Counted from the first letter of the stretch, positions 7,068 to 16,758 are shown. The stretch is DNA of 32,000 nucleotides from Horticoccus luteus (GCF_019464535.1 NZ_CP080507.1:570001-602000); one strand, 5' to 3'. Notes: generated by a model not told the origin, from the sequence alone. Program-made: numbers and translations.

Positions 7068-10000
7068 ATGCCCACGTTCTCCCATCCTGCTCAGTCGCGC
7101 TCACGCTCTGTCCAGCCGGAGGAGGCGACGCGTTACACGGCGCGGAACGGCGCCATCGTCGGACACAACCAAGGGCGGTTCTTCAACCGGCCGCTTTACG
7201 TGGCCAATCGCGCGGCGTTTGTGCTGGCCGGCGACCGGCCGGTCGTGCGTTTCGCGGCGGACGATACGCTGCTAGGCACTTTCGCGATTGGAGTGACGCG
7301 TGGACGAACGTCGTCGTGGCTGCACACGTGGGACGATGTTACATTTGAATATCGTCCGGCGCATGCGCGCTGGATCGCGCGGGATGCGGCGTTGCCCGGG
7401 CTCACGGTCACATTGGATGTGGTCGCGCTGGAGACGGAAGTGGGCTTTGCGGCGCGCGTGGCCGTGCAAGGCGCGCGCGCCGGCGACGAGCTGGGGTGGT
7501 TTTTCGGTGGAGCGAAAACGTGGAAGGATAAACCGCTGAACTGGGACCTCGATCCGCATTTCGCGCCGCCGTTGATCGCGGCGTGGTTCGATCCGGAGCT
7601 GGCTGCGGGCAACGCCGTTCGCTCGGCGCGGGGGGGCTTTGCGGTGGCCGCCGCGAAGACGGCCGCGCACGCGGTGGCGGGGAAATGCGATGCGCCGGGT
7701 GGCGGCGGGAAACGGGATGCGATGGCGAGCGAGACGCCCGCGGCACTGGCGGCGGCGGGCGCGCGGGCGCGTGCGGTGGTTTACGGGCGGATCGATCTCA
7801 CGCGGCGGGCGGAGGCGCACTGGCGTTTCGCGCGGGTGGCACGCGCGGCGGCGTTCGAAGCGAAAGGGGAAAACCTGCCAACGGAATCGCGGACAGCGGC
7901 GGTGGCGTTCGCGGATGGGTTGGCACGTGCGGTAAAACTGGCCAACGCGATCGTCGTCGATACCCCGGAGCCGCGTTTGAATGCGGCAGCGGCGACGCTC
8001 TCGGCGGCGATCGACGGGACGTGGTATCCGCCGGTTTTTCGCCACGGCGCGATGTTGTGGAACGTGCCTTACGTGGGCTGGCGCACAGCGTGCGGGAGCA
8101 CGGCGATCGGCTGGCACGAGCGGGTGAAAGCGCACGCGCGTTACTATATCGATCACCAGTTGAAGGAGTCGGAGAACCGCTCGTTCGAGGCGGACGCGAA
8201 GGTGATGCTCACGATTCCGGCGCCGAACTCCCGGTTTCACGGCCGCGGACGCATCGTGCAGGACCAGGGAATCTATAACATGCAGTCGCAGTTTTTCGAC
8301 CAGATGATCCACGCGTGGCGATGGACGGGCGACGAGGAACTGGCGGCATGGCTGCGGCCGGCGCTGGAGTTGCACCTGGAGTGGTTGCGCGAGTGCTTCG
8401 ATCCCGACGACGACGGCCTTTATGAAAGCGTGATCAACGTGTGGCCGACGGATTCGTTTTGGTATGCGGGTGGCGGTGCGACGGAGGAAACGTCTTACGC
8501 GTATCGCGGGCACGTCGCGGCGCGCGCGCTGGCGGAGTGGGCTGGCGATGCGCCGGCGGCGAAGCGGCACGCGCGGCAGAGCGCGCGGATTCGGGCGGCG
8601 TTTCGAAAGAAACTCTGGGTCGCGGCCAAGGGCCACGCGGGACTTTATCAAGAGGCGGAAGGGCGGCGGAGGCTGCACGACGATGCGTGGCTGTATAGTA
8701 TTTTTCTGCCGATCGACGCCGGGTTGACGGTCGGGCGCCAGGCGGCGGAGTCGTTGCTTTTTGCCGAGCGGGGGTTGCAAAACGATGCCATGCCGGCGGG
8801 CGGGCGGCGCGTGTGGACTTCGAATCTGGTGCCGGCGATCTGGTCGGTGCGCGAGTGCTGGCCGGGCGATAACTACCATCTGGCGCTCGCGTATTTTCAG
8901 GCGGGCATGCCGGAGGACGGCTGGGATATCTTGCGCGGAAATTTTCTGCACTCGGGATTCAACCAGCTCGTGCCGGGGGATTTTGCGGCGCCGGTGGGCG
9001 GCACCGATTTCGGCGATTGCGTGCATATGGCGGCGCGCGCGCTGGTGGAGGGGCTGTTTGGCTATGCGCCGGATCGGCCGCGCGGAATCGTGCGGATCAC
9101 GCCGCAGTTTCCCACGGCGTGGGAACGCGCGAGTTTGCGCACGGCGGACGTGACGTTGCAGTGGACGCGCACGGGCGAACGCACGGCGTTGACGATCGAG
9201 CTCGCGCAAGCGGCGACGCTCGAGGTGCGCGTGCCGGTGAACGCGCAGAAAATCGTGAGCGTGACCGCGAACGGTCGGCCGGTGCGGTGGAAGGCGGAGG
9301 CGGGGCTGGGGCGCACGTTGCTCGTGGTGCGCCGGCCGGGGGTTGCGCGGCTGGAGTTGGTGGTGACGACGGCGGGCGCGCAGGCGGTTTTGCCGACGAC
9401 GGAAGCGGCGGGAGTCGTGGGGCGTCGCGTGGCGTGGCGTTTGCGCGGAACGCGCGTGGAAGAGGTGGAGGATCCGCAACGCGTGCTGACCGGCGCGCGG
9501 ATTCGCGTGGGCGTGATCACGGGCATCGTCATCGCGACCGCCGGGTGGCACACGCTTTTCGCACGCGTGCGAATGGGCGGGCTGCCGCAGTGGCGACGGG
9601 TGATTGTGCGGATCAGCGACGCGGCGGCGGAGCGTGCGGCGGCGAAGGCGCGGTTGGTGAAGGCCGTCGCGGGGACGACGTGGGCGCACGTCGATCTCGC
9701 GCCGGTGCTCAACGGCGATATTCGGGCGATCTACGCGCAGAAATATGTTTCGCCACGACCGGCGACGATGTCGGCGCGCATCGGGACCGATGGCTATTCG
9801 CCGTGGACGTTTCCGTATTGGGACAGTCATCCGCCGACGATCACGTTGGACAACGTGCCGTCGTTGCTGCGCAGCGGCGGGGATGGAACGGTATTGCAGA
9901 CGGCGCAAGGCGTGCCGTTTGCGTGGCCGGGCGAGGCGCGAAACGTGGCGTTTACTTCGCGGTGGGACAACTGGCCGACACGGGTCGCGGTGCCGGTGGG

Positions 10001-10415
10001 CCGCGCGGCCGAGGCGGCGTGGTTTCTCGTGGGCGGCTCAACCAATCCGATGCAGGGGCGCATCGCGAACGGCGTGCTGCGGCTGCGCTACGCGTCGGGC
10101 GCGGAGGAGACGATCGAGCTGACGCCGCCGTTCAACTACTGGAATCTTTGCCCGATCCGGCCGAATCTGACGGGGCCGATGCAGGGGAGCCGCGTGGACT
10201 ACACGTCGCCCGTCGATGCGTTTTGCGTGCCGAAGCCGTGGCCGGAAACGGTGCAGCTCGGCGAGAACTGCCGCGCGATTTTGCTCGGTCACCGGTTGCG
10301 GCGCGGCGACGAACTGGCGTCGGTCACGCTGGAGACGCTGTCGGCCGAAGTGGTGATCGGGCTGCTGGGCGTGTCGCTGATGAATCCGCGTGGGATGCGG
10401 CGGCGGCGCGGGTGA
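7068..10415 (+). CDS. Large (about 1115 aa) putative glycoside hydrolase-like protein with a six-hairpin (alpha/alpha)6-like central region; the family is uncertain (possibly DUF4450-containing)
   Basis: Long ORF with high GC3. The central segment YNMQSQFFDQMIHAWRWTGDEELAAWLRPALELHLEWLRECFDPDDDGLYESVINVWPTDSFWYAGGGATEETSYAYRGHVAARALAEWAGD looks like six-hairpin glycosidases. The N- and C-terminal parts are beta-rich. No signal peptide follows the ATG at 7068. The track start at 6960 is a GTG 36 codons upstream, so the start is uncertain. Confidence 0.85.
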   Translation: MPTFSHPAQSRSRSVQPEEATRYTARNGAIVGHNQGRFFNRPLYVANRAAFVLAGDRPVVRFAADDTLLGTFAIGVTRGRTSSWLHTWDDVTFEYRPAHARWIARDAALPGLTVTLDVVALETEVGFAARVAVQGARAGDELGWFFGGAKTWKDKPLNWDLDPHFAPPLIAAWFDPELAAGNAVRSARGGFAVAAAKTAAHAVAGKCDAPGGGGKRDAMASETPAALAAAGARARAVVYGRIDLTRRAEAHWRFARVARAAAFEAKGENLPTESRTAAVAFADGLARAVKLANAIVVDTPEPRLNAAAATLSAAIDGTWYPPVFRHGAMLWNVPYVGWRTACGSTAIGWHERVKAHARYYIDHQLKESENRSFEADAKVMLTIPAPNSRFHGRGRIVQDQGIYNMQSQFFDQMIHAWRWTGDEELAAWLRPALELHLEWLRECFDPDDDGLYESVINVWPTDSFWYAGGGATEETSYAYRGHVAARALAEWAGDAPAAKRHARQSARIRAAFRKKLWVAAKGHAGLYQEAEGRRRLHDDAWLYSIFLPIDAGLTVGRQAAESLLFAERGLQNDAMPAGGRRVWTSNLVPAIWSVRECWPGDNYHLALAYFQAGMPEDGWDILRGNFLHSGFNQLVPGDFAAPVGGTDFGDCVHMAARALVEGLFGYAPDRPRGIVRITPQFPTAWERASLRTADVTLQWTRTGERTALTIELAQAATLEVRVPVNAQKIVSVTANGRPVRWKAEAGLGRTLLVVRRPGVARLELVVTTAGAQAVLPTTEAAGVVGRRVAWRLRGTRVEEVEDPQRVLTGARIRVGVITGIVIATAGWHTLFARVRMGGLPQWRRVIVRISDAAAERAAAKARLVKAVAGTTWAHVDLAPVLNGDIRAIYAQKYVSPRPATMSARIGTDGYSPWTFPYWDSHPPTITLDNVPSLLRSGGDGTVLQTAQGVPFAWPGEARNVAFTSRWDNWPTRVAVPVGRAAEAAWFLVGGSTNPMQGRIANGVLRLRYASGAEETIELTPPFNYWNLCPIRPNLTGPMQGSRVDYTSPVDAFCVPKPWPETVQLGENCRAILLGHRLRRGDELASVTLETLSAEVVIGLLGVSLMNPRGMRRRRG

Positions 10416-10544
10416 AGGAGCGGGCGGGACGGTCCGAGCCACTGAAACGCTCCCGGCGAGACGCGGAGCATGACACGCGAGCCGCGTGCGCTCCCCGGAC
10501 CACGGAGCGGGACTGCGGCGCGGCCCGAAGAGGACGTTGACCTA

Positions 10545-12281
10545 TTAGAAGCCGACTTCTTCGCGCACGAATTTCACCGCGGGACTGCCGACCGAGAGGA
10601 CGCGGTCGTGATAAGCCTTCAAGTTGAACGTCGCGCCGAGCTTCTTTTCGGCGGCGGCGCGCATGTCGTCGTGCTCGATCGCGCCGACGAAATAAGTGGC
10701 GAGTTGCGTATAGGAGAGTTGGGCGCGGAGCCATTTCGCGACGGCTTCGCCTTCCTCTTGAAAGCCCTGGCGCATCATGAGGTCGAGAGCTTGCTCCTTG
10801 GTCATGCCGGCCATGTGAATCTTCTGGTCGAGGATCGCGTTGCAGATGACGCGGAGGCGCATTTTGAGCTGCTGCATCTTCGTCTCGGGGCCGCCGAAAC
10901 CGGTGTCGGCCATCACGCGCTCGGTGTAAACCGCCCAGCCCTCGATGAAGGTGCCGCTTTGGAAGATGGAGCGCACGAGCGTGGGCGCTTTGAACTGGTT
11001 CGAGTGGGCGAGCTGCAGGAAATGGCCGGGCATCGCCTCGTGGACGATGAGGTCGTGCATCATGTAGTTGTTATACTCGCGGAAGAACGAATCGACCCGC
11101 GACGGCGGCCAGTCGGACGGCGTGGGCTCGATGGCGATGAAGGTGCGGCCGTTGGGTTCGAGGGCGCCGGGGGAATCGCAATACGCAATGCCGCGACCGC
11201 GTCGGAACTCGGGAGTGACGATGAGCTCGATGGGGGTGTTGGGCACGGTGACGAGCTCGTGCGCGCGCACAAAGTCAGTCGCTTCCTGCAACGTGCGGCG
11301 GCCGAAGGCGACGACGGTGGCGTTGTCGGGGTGCTGTTGCGCGAGGTGGTCGAGCACGGCTTTGATGACGTGGCGGTGGTCCTTTTCGGCGGCGGCGTCG
11401 GCGGCGGGAAAATACTGGCGGTAGAGGGGTAGGGCGGTGGCGTAGAGCGTGTCAGTGACGCTCTGCAATTCAGCTTCGGCGCGCGCGAGGATTTCCTCGG
11501 GTGTGAGGTCCGAGGCGAGCGTGTAGCGCAGCGCCTGCCGGTAGTGATCGGCGCCGAGACGGAAATCGCCGTGGGAGCGCGGGAGCAGATCCTGTTCGAG
11601 CCACGTTTTATAATCGGTGAGCGCGGCGATGGCTTTTTCCTGCGCGGGGGCGAGTTCGGCTTTCAGCGCGGGTGCTTCCGCGAGGAGAGGATCGAGGCCA
11701 TCGTGCACGAGGCCGATGGCGCCGGCGATCTGCTTGATCGCGGTTTGCGTGTAGACCGCGGGTGGATTGACGAGGTTGGCTTTGGCTTGGGCGACAACGC
11801 GAGGGATGGCGGCGAGACGTTGGGCCGCGCTGTGCAGGCGGTCGGCGGCGGGCGCAAATTCACGCGCGGTCAGCAGGTAAATCGAATCGGCGAGGCTCGT
11901 GTTGTAGGAAAGAACGTCCCACGCGAAAGGCTTGAGTTCGGTGAGGTAAAAAATCTGCGCTTCGAGGTTGAGCTGGAGGATTTGGGCGTCGACGCGGTTG
12001 GGGCCGGTCAACTGCGCGGGGTCGATGTGGGCGAGGGCGGCGAGGCCGGCGCGATAGGCGGCGAGTTGGGCGTCGCGGCCGGCGGGGCTGTAGTCGGTGA
12101 GGGTGCCGTCGAATCGATGATCACCGAGTTGGGTGGAGTTCTCGGGATTGAGCCGGAGGTAGGCGTCGAGGGTGGATCGAGCAGTCGTTTCGAAGGCGGC
12201 GTCGGCGTCGGTGCGGGCCGAAGCGGTCAGCGTGAGGAGCGCACCGGCGACCGCGAGGGGCAGGTAACGGAAGGGGTTCAT
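10545..12281 (-). CDS. DUF885 family protein (predicted secreted metallopeptidase-like, HExxPGH motif)
   Basis: From the internal ATG at 12281-12279: MNPFRYLPLAVAGALLTLTASA (signal peptide)... The DUF885 hallmark IVHEAMPGHFLQ is present, along with GWAVYTERVM. The track ORF extends 65 codons further through Arg/Pro-rich sequence that is unlikely to be coding. Confidence 0.9.
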   Translation of the reverse strand: MNPFRYLPLAVAGALLTLTASARTDADAAFETTARSTLDAYLRLNPENSTQLGDHRFDGTLTDYSPAGRDAQLAAYRAGLAALAHIDPAQLTGPNRVDAQILQLNLEAQIFYLTELKPFAWDVLSYNTSLADSIYLLTAREFAPAADRLHSAAQRLAAIPRVVAQAKANLVNPPAVYTQTAIKQIAGAIGLVHDGLDPLLAEAPALKAELAPAQEKAIAALTDYKTWLEQDLLPRSHGDFRLGADHYRQALRYTLASDLTPEEILARAEAELQSVTDTLYATALPLYRQYFPAADAAAEKDHRHVIKAVLDHLAQQHPDNATVVAFGRRTLQEATDFVRAHELVTVPNTPIELIVTPEFRRGRGIAYCDSPGALEPNGRTFIAIEPTPSDWPPSRVDSFFREYNNYMMHDLIVHEAMPGHFLQLAHSNQFKAPTLVRSIFQSGTFIEGWAVYTERVMADTGFGGPETKMQQLKMRLRVICNAILDQKIHMAGMTKEQALDLMMRQGFQEEGEAVAKWLRAQLSYTQLATYFVGAIEHDDMRAAAEKKLGATFNLKAYHDRVLSVGSPAVKFVREEVGF

Positions 12282-12474
12282 GGAGCGTGACCATGGCAGA
12301 ATCGCGCGTCGGGACAAGGGAAGACGCGGGCGAGGCACGCACCCGGGTGGTCGCGCGGCCGAGCGCGGGCGCGGGACGATGAGACGCCCAACCTCTGCGC
12401 GGATAACAAGATGGATGTCGGGAATAAGCCCGGCCCGGCGGCGGCTTGCTTTTCGGGACGTTTCTACTTTCCTC

Positions 12475-12496
12475 AATGCAAGTAACCACTTGCATT
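12475..12496. promoter_or_regulatory. Perfect 9-4-9 inverted repeat AATGCAAGT-aacc-ACTTGCATT; candidate TetR operator
   Basis: Read directly from the sequence. Both 9-nt arms are exact reverse complements. The repeat lies in the DUF885/TetR divergent region, immediately 5' of the in-frame TTG at 12499 that begins the TetR-like sequence. Confidence 0.5.
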
Positions 12497-12498
12497 CA

Positions 12499-13122
12499 TT
12501 GAAAGCTGAACCGCCCTCTCTCTCGACCCGTCAGCGCTTGCTCGATGCCGCCGCGCGGGTGTTTGCGCGTGACGGGTTGAGTCGGGCGACGACGCGCGAA
12601 ATCGCCCGCGAAGCAGGGGTGAATGAAGTGACGCTGTTCCGGCATTTCCAGACGAAGGATGGGTTGATCTCCGCCGTGGTGGGCGAAAATTTCGCGGAGA
12701 GTGGGGCGGCGCCGGTGGGAGCGCTGCCCGCGCCAACCGATGATTTGCGCGCGGATTTGGAGAACCTCGCCCGGCACTACGAAGCGTTGCTCAAAGCGAA
12801 TCTGCCGCTTGTGCGCACCATGCTCGGCGAAGTGCAGCACCGGCACGGCGGACACGAGAAGCAGGTGTTCCGCGCGGTCTTTGCGCCGTTAAAGGCGGCG
12901 TTGGCGGAACGCATCCGGGCGGCGCGAGACCAGGACGAACTGCGGCCGGAATTCCGCGCCGATGTGCTGGCGGATTTATTGGGGGGAATGATTTTCACCG
13001 GCGTGCTCCGGCGTTCGTCGCCGGACATCAAACTTGAATACACCGCGACGGCCTATCGCCAGGCGGCGATCGATCTCGTGCTCAGCGGTGCGACGATGAA
13101 GCGGGAAGGCCGGCCACGGTGA
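12499..13122 (+). CDS. TetR/AcrR family transcriptional regulator
   Basis: STRQRLLDAAARVFARDGLSRATTREIAREAGVNEVTLFRHFQTKDGL is the classic TetR N-terminal HTH. The start is uncertain. The TTG at 12499 gives a typical N-terminal length. The in-frame ATG at 12415 adds 28 codons with GC3 of only about 50% and would place the palindrome inside the ORF. The track start at 12280 is implausible. The stop overlaps the next gene's start (GTGA at 13119-13122). Confidence 0.88.
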   Translation: MKAEPPSLSTRQRLLDAAARVFARDGLSRATTREIAREAGVNEVTLFRHFQTKDGLISAVVGENFAESGAAPVGALPAPTDDLRADLENLARHYEALLKANLPLVRTMLGEVQHRHGGHEKQVFRAVFAPLKAALAERIRAARDQDELRPEFRADVLADLLGGMIFTGVLRRSSPDIKLEYTATAYRQAAIDLVLSGATMKREGRPR

Positions 13123-14726
13123 GCCAGACGGGCCTCTATGGCTCCGACCGCACGCTGCTGTCGCCGATCGCGCAGCGGCTGGCGGAGCGCGATGTTTTGA
13201 AGTGGGTGATTGCGATCACGGCGGCACTCGGCGCGATCCTGGAAGTGATCGACACGAGCATCGTGAATGTCGCGATGCCTGACATTCAGGGCAATCTGGG
13301 CGCCACGCTCGCGGAGGTGGGATGGATTTCAACGGGCTATGCGTGCGCCAACGTCGTCATGATTCCGCTGACGGCGTGGCTGGGGCATCGGTTTGGTCGT
13401 CGGCAATACCTGGTTTTCTCACTCGCGGGGTTCACGGCGGCGTCGGTGTTATGCGGGCTGTCGACCTCGTTGATGATGTTGATTGTGGCGCGGGTGCTGC
13501 AGGGATTCTGCGGCGGCGGTTTGCTGGCGAAGGCGCAGTCGATCCTGTTCGAGACGTTTTCGCGCAAGGAGCAGCCGGCGGCGCAGGCGTTGTTTGGCAT
13601 CGGCGTGATCGCGGGGCCGGCGTTCGGGCCACTGCTGGGCGGCTATCTGACGGATACGTTTGGGTGGCGCTCGATCTTCTTCATCAACCTGCCGATTGGC
13701 ATTTTCGCGATCGCCATGACGATCGTGTTTCTGCCGCGCGATGTGGTGGGCGACTTGTTGCGGAAGAGCGTGGACTGGCTGGGCATCGGGTTGCTGGCGG
13801 TGACGCTGGGCTGCTTTCAAACGATGCTCGAAGAAGGGCAGCAGGACGACTGGTTTGCCTCGCGCTTCATCCTGACCATGGCGGCGGGCGCCATCGTGGG
13901 CCTGGTCTTTTTCGTGTGGCGGGAACTGACGACGGAATATCCGGCCGTGGATCTGCGGGTGTTGCGACACCGATCGCTGGCGGCGGGCAGCCTCTATTCG
14001 CTCGTGTTGGGGATGGGACTTTACGGCGTGATTTTTGCAGTGCCGATTTTCGTGCAAAATTACCTGCATTTCACGGCAATGCAGAGTGGGTTGCTGCTCA
14101 TGCCGGGCGGTTTGGCGTCGGCGGTGATGATGGTGATCATGGGCAAGGTTTCCGGTCGCGTGGATCCGCGTGCGTTGATCGCCTGCGGGGCGTTGACGAC
14201 GGTGGCGACGGCATTGCTGCTCGCGCAGATCAATCCCGATACGGGCACGAACTCGCTGTTTCTCCCGCTCGTGCTGCGCGGACTCGGCAGCGTGATGATG
14301 TTTCTGCCGCTTAGTCTCGCGACCCTCGGGTCGCTGCCGCAGCGCGATATCGCGGCGGGGTCCGGATTCTATAATCTCACTCGCCAGATGGGCAGCAGCA
14401 TCGGCATCGCCCTCATCACGACGGTGCTCGCGCATCGCGAAGCGGTGCATCGCTCCGTGCTGGTGGAACACATCACGACGGCCAATCCGGCGACCGCACA
14501 ACGCATGAACATGCTGGCGGGCGCGTTCGCGCAACATTCGGCCGATCCGGTGGCCACGCATCAGCAGGCGTGGAGCGCGATCGATCACTTGGTGAGCGGC
14601 CAGGCGCTCCTGCTCTCGTTTGCCGATGTCTTTCTCTACGTCGCCATCGCTTTCATCGCCACTCTGCCGCTGCTTTTCCTGCTCGGCAAAGGCGGCAACA
14701 AGGCGGCCGCGGCGGCGGCGCACTAA
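13119..14726 (+). CDS. MFS transporter, DHA2 (EmrB/QacA-like, 14-TMS) drug:H+ antiporter
   Basis: 535-aa ORF: LEVIDTSIVNVAMPDIQGNLGATLAEVGWISTGY...GHRFGRRQ...ARVLQGFCGGGL...GPLLGGYLTDTFGWRSIFFINLPIG. These are the DHA2 signature motifs. Confidence 0.93.
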   Translation: MSQTGLYGSDRTLLSPIAQRLAERDVLKWVIAITAALGAILEVIDTSIVNVAMPDIQGNLGATLAEVGWISTGYACANVVMIPLTAWLGHRFGRRQYLVFSLAGFTAASVLCGLSTSLMMLIVARVLQGFCGGGLLAKAQSILFETFSRKEQPAAQALFGIGVIAGPAFGPLLGGYLTDTFGWRSIFFINLPIGIFAIAMTIVFLPRDVVGDLLRKSVDWLGIGLLAVTLGCFQTMLEEGQQDDWFASRFILTMAAGAIVGLVFFVWRELTTEYPAVDLRVLRHRSLAAGSLYSLVLGMGLYGVIFAVPIFVQNYLHFTAMQSGLLLMPGGLASAVMMVIMGKVSGRVDPRALIACGALTTVATALLLAQINPDTGTNSLFLPLVLRGLGSVMMFLPLSLATLGSLPQRDIAAGSGFYNLTRQMGSSIGIALITTVLAHREAVHRSVLVEHITTANPATAQRMNMLAGAFAQHSADPVATHQQAWSAIDHLVSGQALLLSFADVFLYVAIAFIATLPLLFLLGKGGNKAAAAAAH

Positions 14727-14758
14727 ACCTCTTTCGAAAACTTCGAACCATCACTGTC

Positions 14759-15919
14759 ATGAATGCTGCCACTCTTCCTCCTCCGGCGCCCCGCGCTGCG
14801 ACTCCCGTGCCTTCGTCCACGCATCCGGCGCTGCATCGCCGCACCCGCCGGGTGAAGAAATATTGGAAGCCCGTGCTCGGGATCGTCGTCGGGCTCGCGA
14901 TCGTCGCATGGGTGAGCCACGTGTTGATTCACGTCTATCATTACGAGAAGACCGACGATGCCTACATCACCGGGCATGTGCACCAAGTGAGCGCGCAAGT
15001 GGCCGGTCGCGTGCAGACCGTGCTGGTGGATGACAACGACGACGTGAAGGCGGGCCAGGTGCTGGCGAGGCTTGATCCGCTGGAGTTTCAGATCGGCGCG
15101 CAAAAGGCGGCCGCCGCGCTGGCGCAGGCGAAGGCGCAGCTTGACCAGGCGCACGCGGGCGTGGCGCAAGCCGTGGCGGCGGCGACCGAGGCGAAGGCGC
15201 GGGTGAGCCAGGCCACCGCGCAACAGGCGCAGACCCAGGCGCAACTCGGCCTCGCGAAGCTCACGCTGGCGCGCAACGAGCAGTTGTTCAGCAACGGCGG
15301 CGCGATCACGCAGGCGGATCTGGACAATGCGCGCAGTGGCTTCGCCGCGGCGCAGGCCGCGCAGGCCGCCAACGAGGCCAATCTCGCCGCCGCGCGCGCC
15401 GGCGTAGGCTCGGCGGCTGCCGCGCAAACGGTGGCGCAGGCGCAAGTGGAGGCGGCGCAGGCGAGCGTGGCGGCCGCCGAGGCCGCAGGGCGGGATGCGC
15501 AACGACAGCTCGACTACGCGACGGTGGTCGCGCCCGCGGCGGGACGCATCGGCAACAAGGCCGTCGAGCCGGGCAACCGCGTGCAGGCCGGCCAGACGTT
15601 GTTCAATCTCGCGCAAGCCGATGTGTGGATCGTGGCGAATTTCAAGGAAACGCAGTTGCCGTTGATGAAGCCGGGGCAGGCGGTCGACATCACGGTGGAT
15701 GCGCTGCCCGACCACGATTTGCACGGGACGGTCGACAGCCTCGCACCCGCGACCGGCGCGCAATTTGCGTTGCTGCCCGCGGACAACGCCACGGGCAATT
15801 TCAACAAGGTCGTGCAGCGTGTGCCTGTGAAAATCGTGCTCGATCACGCGGCGGTGGAGCGGCTGGGCGCGCGGTTGCGACCGGGCCTCTCGGTGATCGT
15901 CGACGTGCGCGTGCGGTAA
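14759..15919 (+). CDS. HlyD family secretion / membrane-fusion protein (EmrA-like)
   Basis: From the ATG at 14759: MNAATLPP...KKYWKPVLGIVVGLAIVAWV (TM anchor) ...TDDAYITGHVHQVSAQVAGRVQTVLVDDNDDVKAGQVLARLDP, then an Ala/Gln-rich coiled coil, then ...DYATVVAPAAGRIGNKAVEPGNRVQAGQTLF...VWIVANFKETQL...RVPVKI. Confidence 0.92.
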   Translation: MNAATLPPPAPRAATPVPSSTHPALHRRTRRVKKYWKPVLGIVVGLAIVAWVSHVLIHVYHYEKTDDAYITGHVHQVSAQVAGRVQTVLVDDNDDVKAGQVLARLDPLEFQIGAQKAAAALAQAKAQLDQAHAGVAQAVAAATEAKARVSQATAQQAQTQAQLGLAKLTLARNEQLFSNGGAITQADLDNARSGFAAAQAAQAANEANLAAARAGVGSAAAAQTVAQAQVEAAQASVAAAEAAGRDAQRQLDYATVVAPAAGRIGNKAVEPGNRVQAGQTLFNLAQADVWIVANFKETQLPLMKPGQAVDITVDALPDHDLHGTVDSLAPATGAQFALLPADNATGNFNKVVQRVPVKIVLDHAAVERLGARLRPGLSVIVDVRVR

Positions 15920-16041
15920 GCGCGGGCCGCAGGGCGAGGAGTGGCATGAGCGAGGCAGCGCGGGAGGCCGCGATCAATAAGTGAAGCCCGTTCGCGCTGC
16001 CAGTTGACGCCACCGCCCGCGGGGAATACCCCTGTGCGATC

Positions 16042-16758
16042 ATGTCAGGTTCATCGTTCAATCGTCCGAAACTGGAGTTGCCGCACGGGCACCAGAAGGT
16101 GTTGCTGCATTCGTGTTGCGCGCCCTGTTCCGGCGAGGTGATGGAGGCGATCCGCGCCTCGGGCATCGACTACACGATCTACTTTTACAACCCGAACATC
16201 CATCCGCGGGAGGAATACGAGTTGCGCAAGCAGGAGAACATCCGCTTTGCCGAAAAGGAAGGCGTGCCCTTTGTCGACGCCGACTACGACACCGACAACT
16301 GGTTTGCCCGCGCCAAAGGTTTGGAGTGGGAGCCGGAGCGGGGCGCCCGGTGCACGATGTGTTTCGATATGCGGTTCGATCGCACGGCGCTCTATGCGCA
16401 TGAAAACGGGTTTCCCGTGATCACGAGCTGCCTCGGCCTTTCACGGTGGAAGGATATGGATCAGATCAACGCGAGCGGCGAACGCGTGGCGGCCAAATAT
16501 CCCGGGATCACCTATTGGACTTACAACTGGCGGAAGCTCGGGGGCGCGAACCGGATGGTCGAGATCGCGAAGCGCGAACAGTTTTACCAACAGGAATACT
16601 GCGGCTGTGTGTATTCGCTGCGCGACACGAACAAGTGGCGCATGGATCACGGCCGGGAGCGGATCGCGCGCGGCGAGAAGTTTTACGGCGTCGCCGACGG
16701 TGAGCCGGCGGGTGGATCGGGCAAGGACGGCCATTCGGCCGGACCAGCGGACGCGTGA
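16042..16758 (+). CDS. queH: Epoxyqueuosine reductase QueH (DUF208 family)
   Basis: 238-aa ORF with the QueH cysteine motifs [21 protein letters not shown] and QEYCGCVYS. Confidence 0.88.
   Translation: MSGSSFNRPKLELPHGHQKVLLHSCCAPCSGEVMEAIRASGIDYTIYFYNPNIHPREEYELRKQENIRFAEKEGVPFVDADYDTDNWFARAKGLEWEPERGARCTMCFDMRFDRTALYAHENGFPVITSCLGLSRWKDMDQINASGERVAAKYPGITYWTYNWRKLGGANRMVEIAKREQFYQQEYCGCVYSLRDTNKWRMDHGRERIARGEKFYGVADGEPAGGSGKDGHSAGPADA

Noticed and set aside
12280-12498. Longer TetR starts at the ATG at 12280 (track) or the ATG at 12415.
   Set aside because: The 12280 start would overlap the divergent DUF885 start and encode Arg/Gly-rich junk. The 12415 extension has GC3 of about 50% and contains the palindrome and a hairpin followed by a T-run, so it is more consistent with a regulatory 5' region.
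15946-15984. 12-codon mini-ORF MSEAAREAAINK* between the HlyD gene and queH.
   Set aside because: It is too short, has no RBS or conservation evidence, and is indistinguishable from chance.
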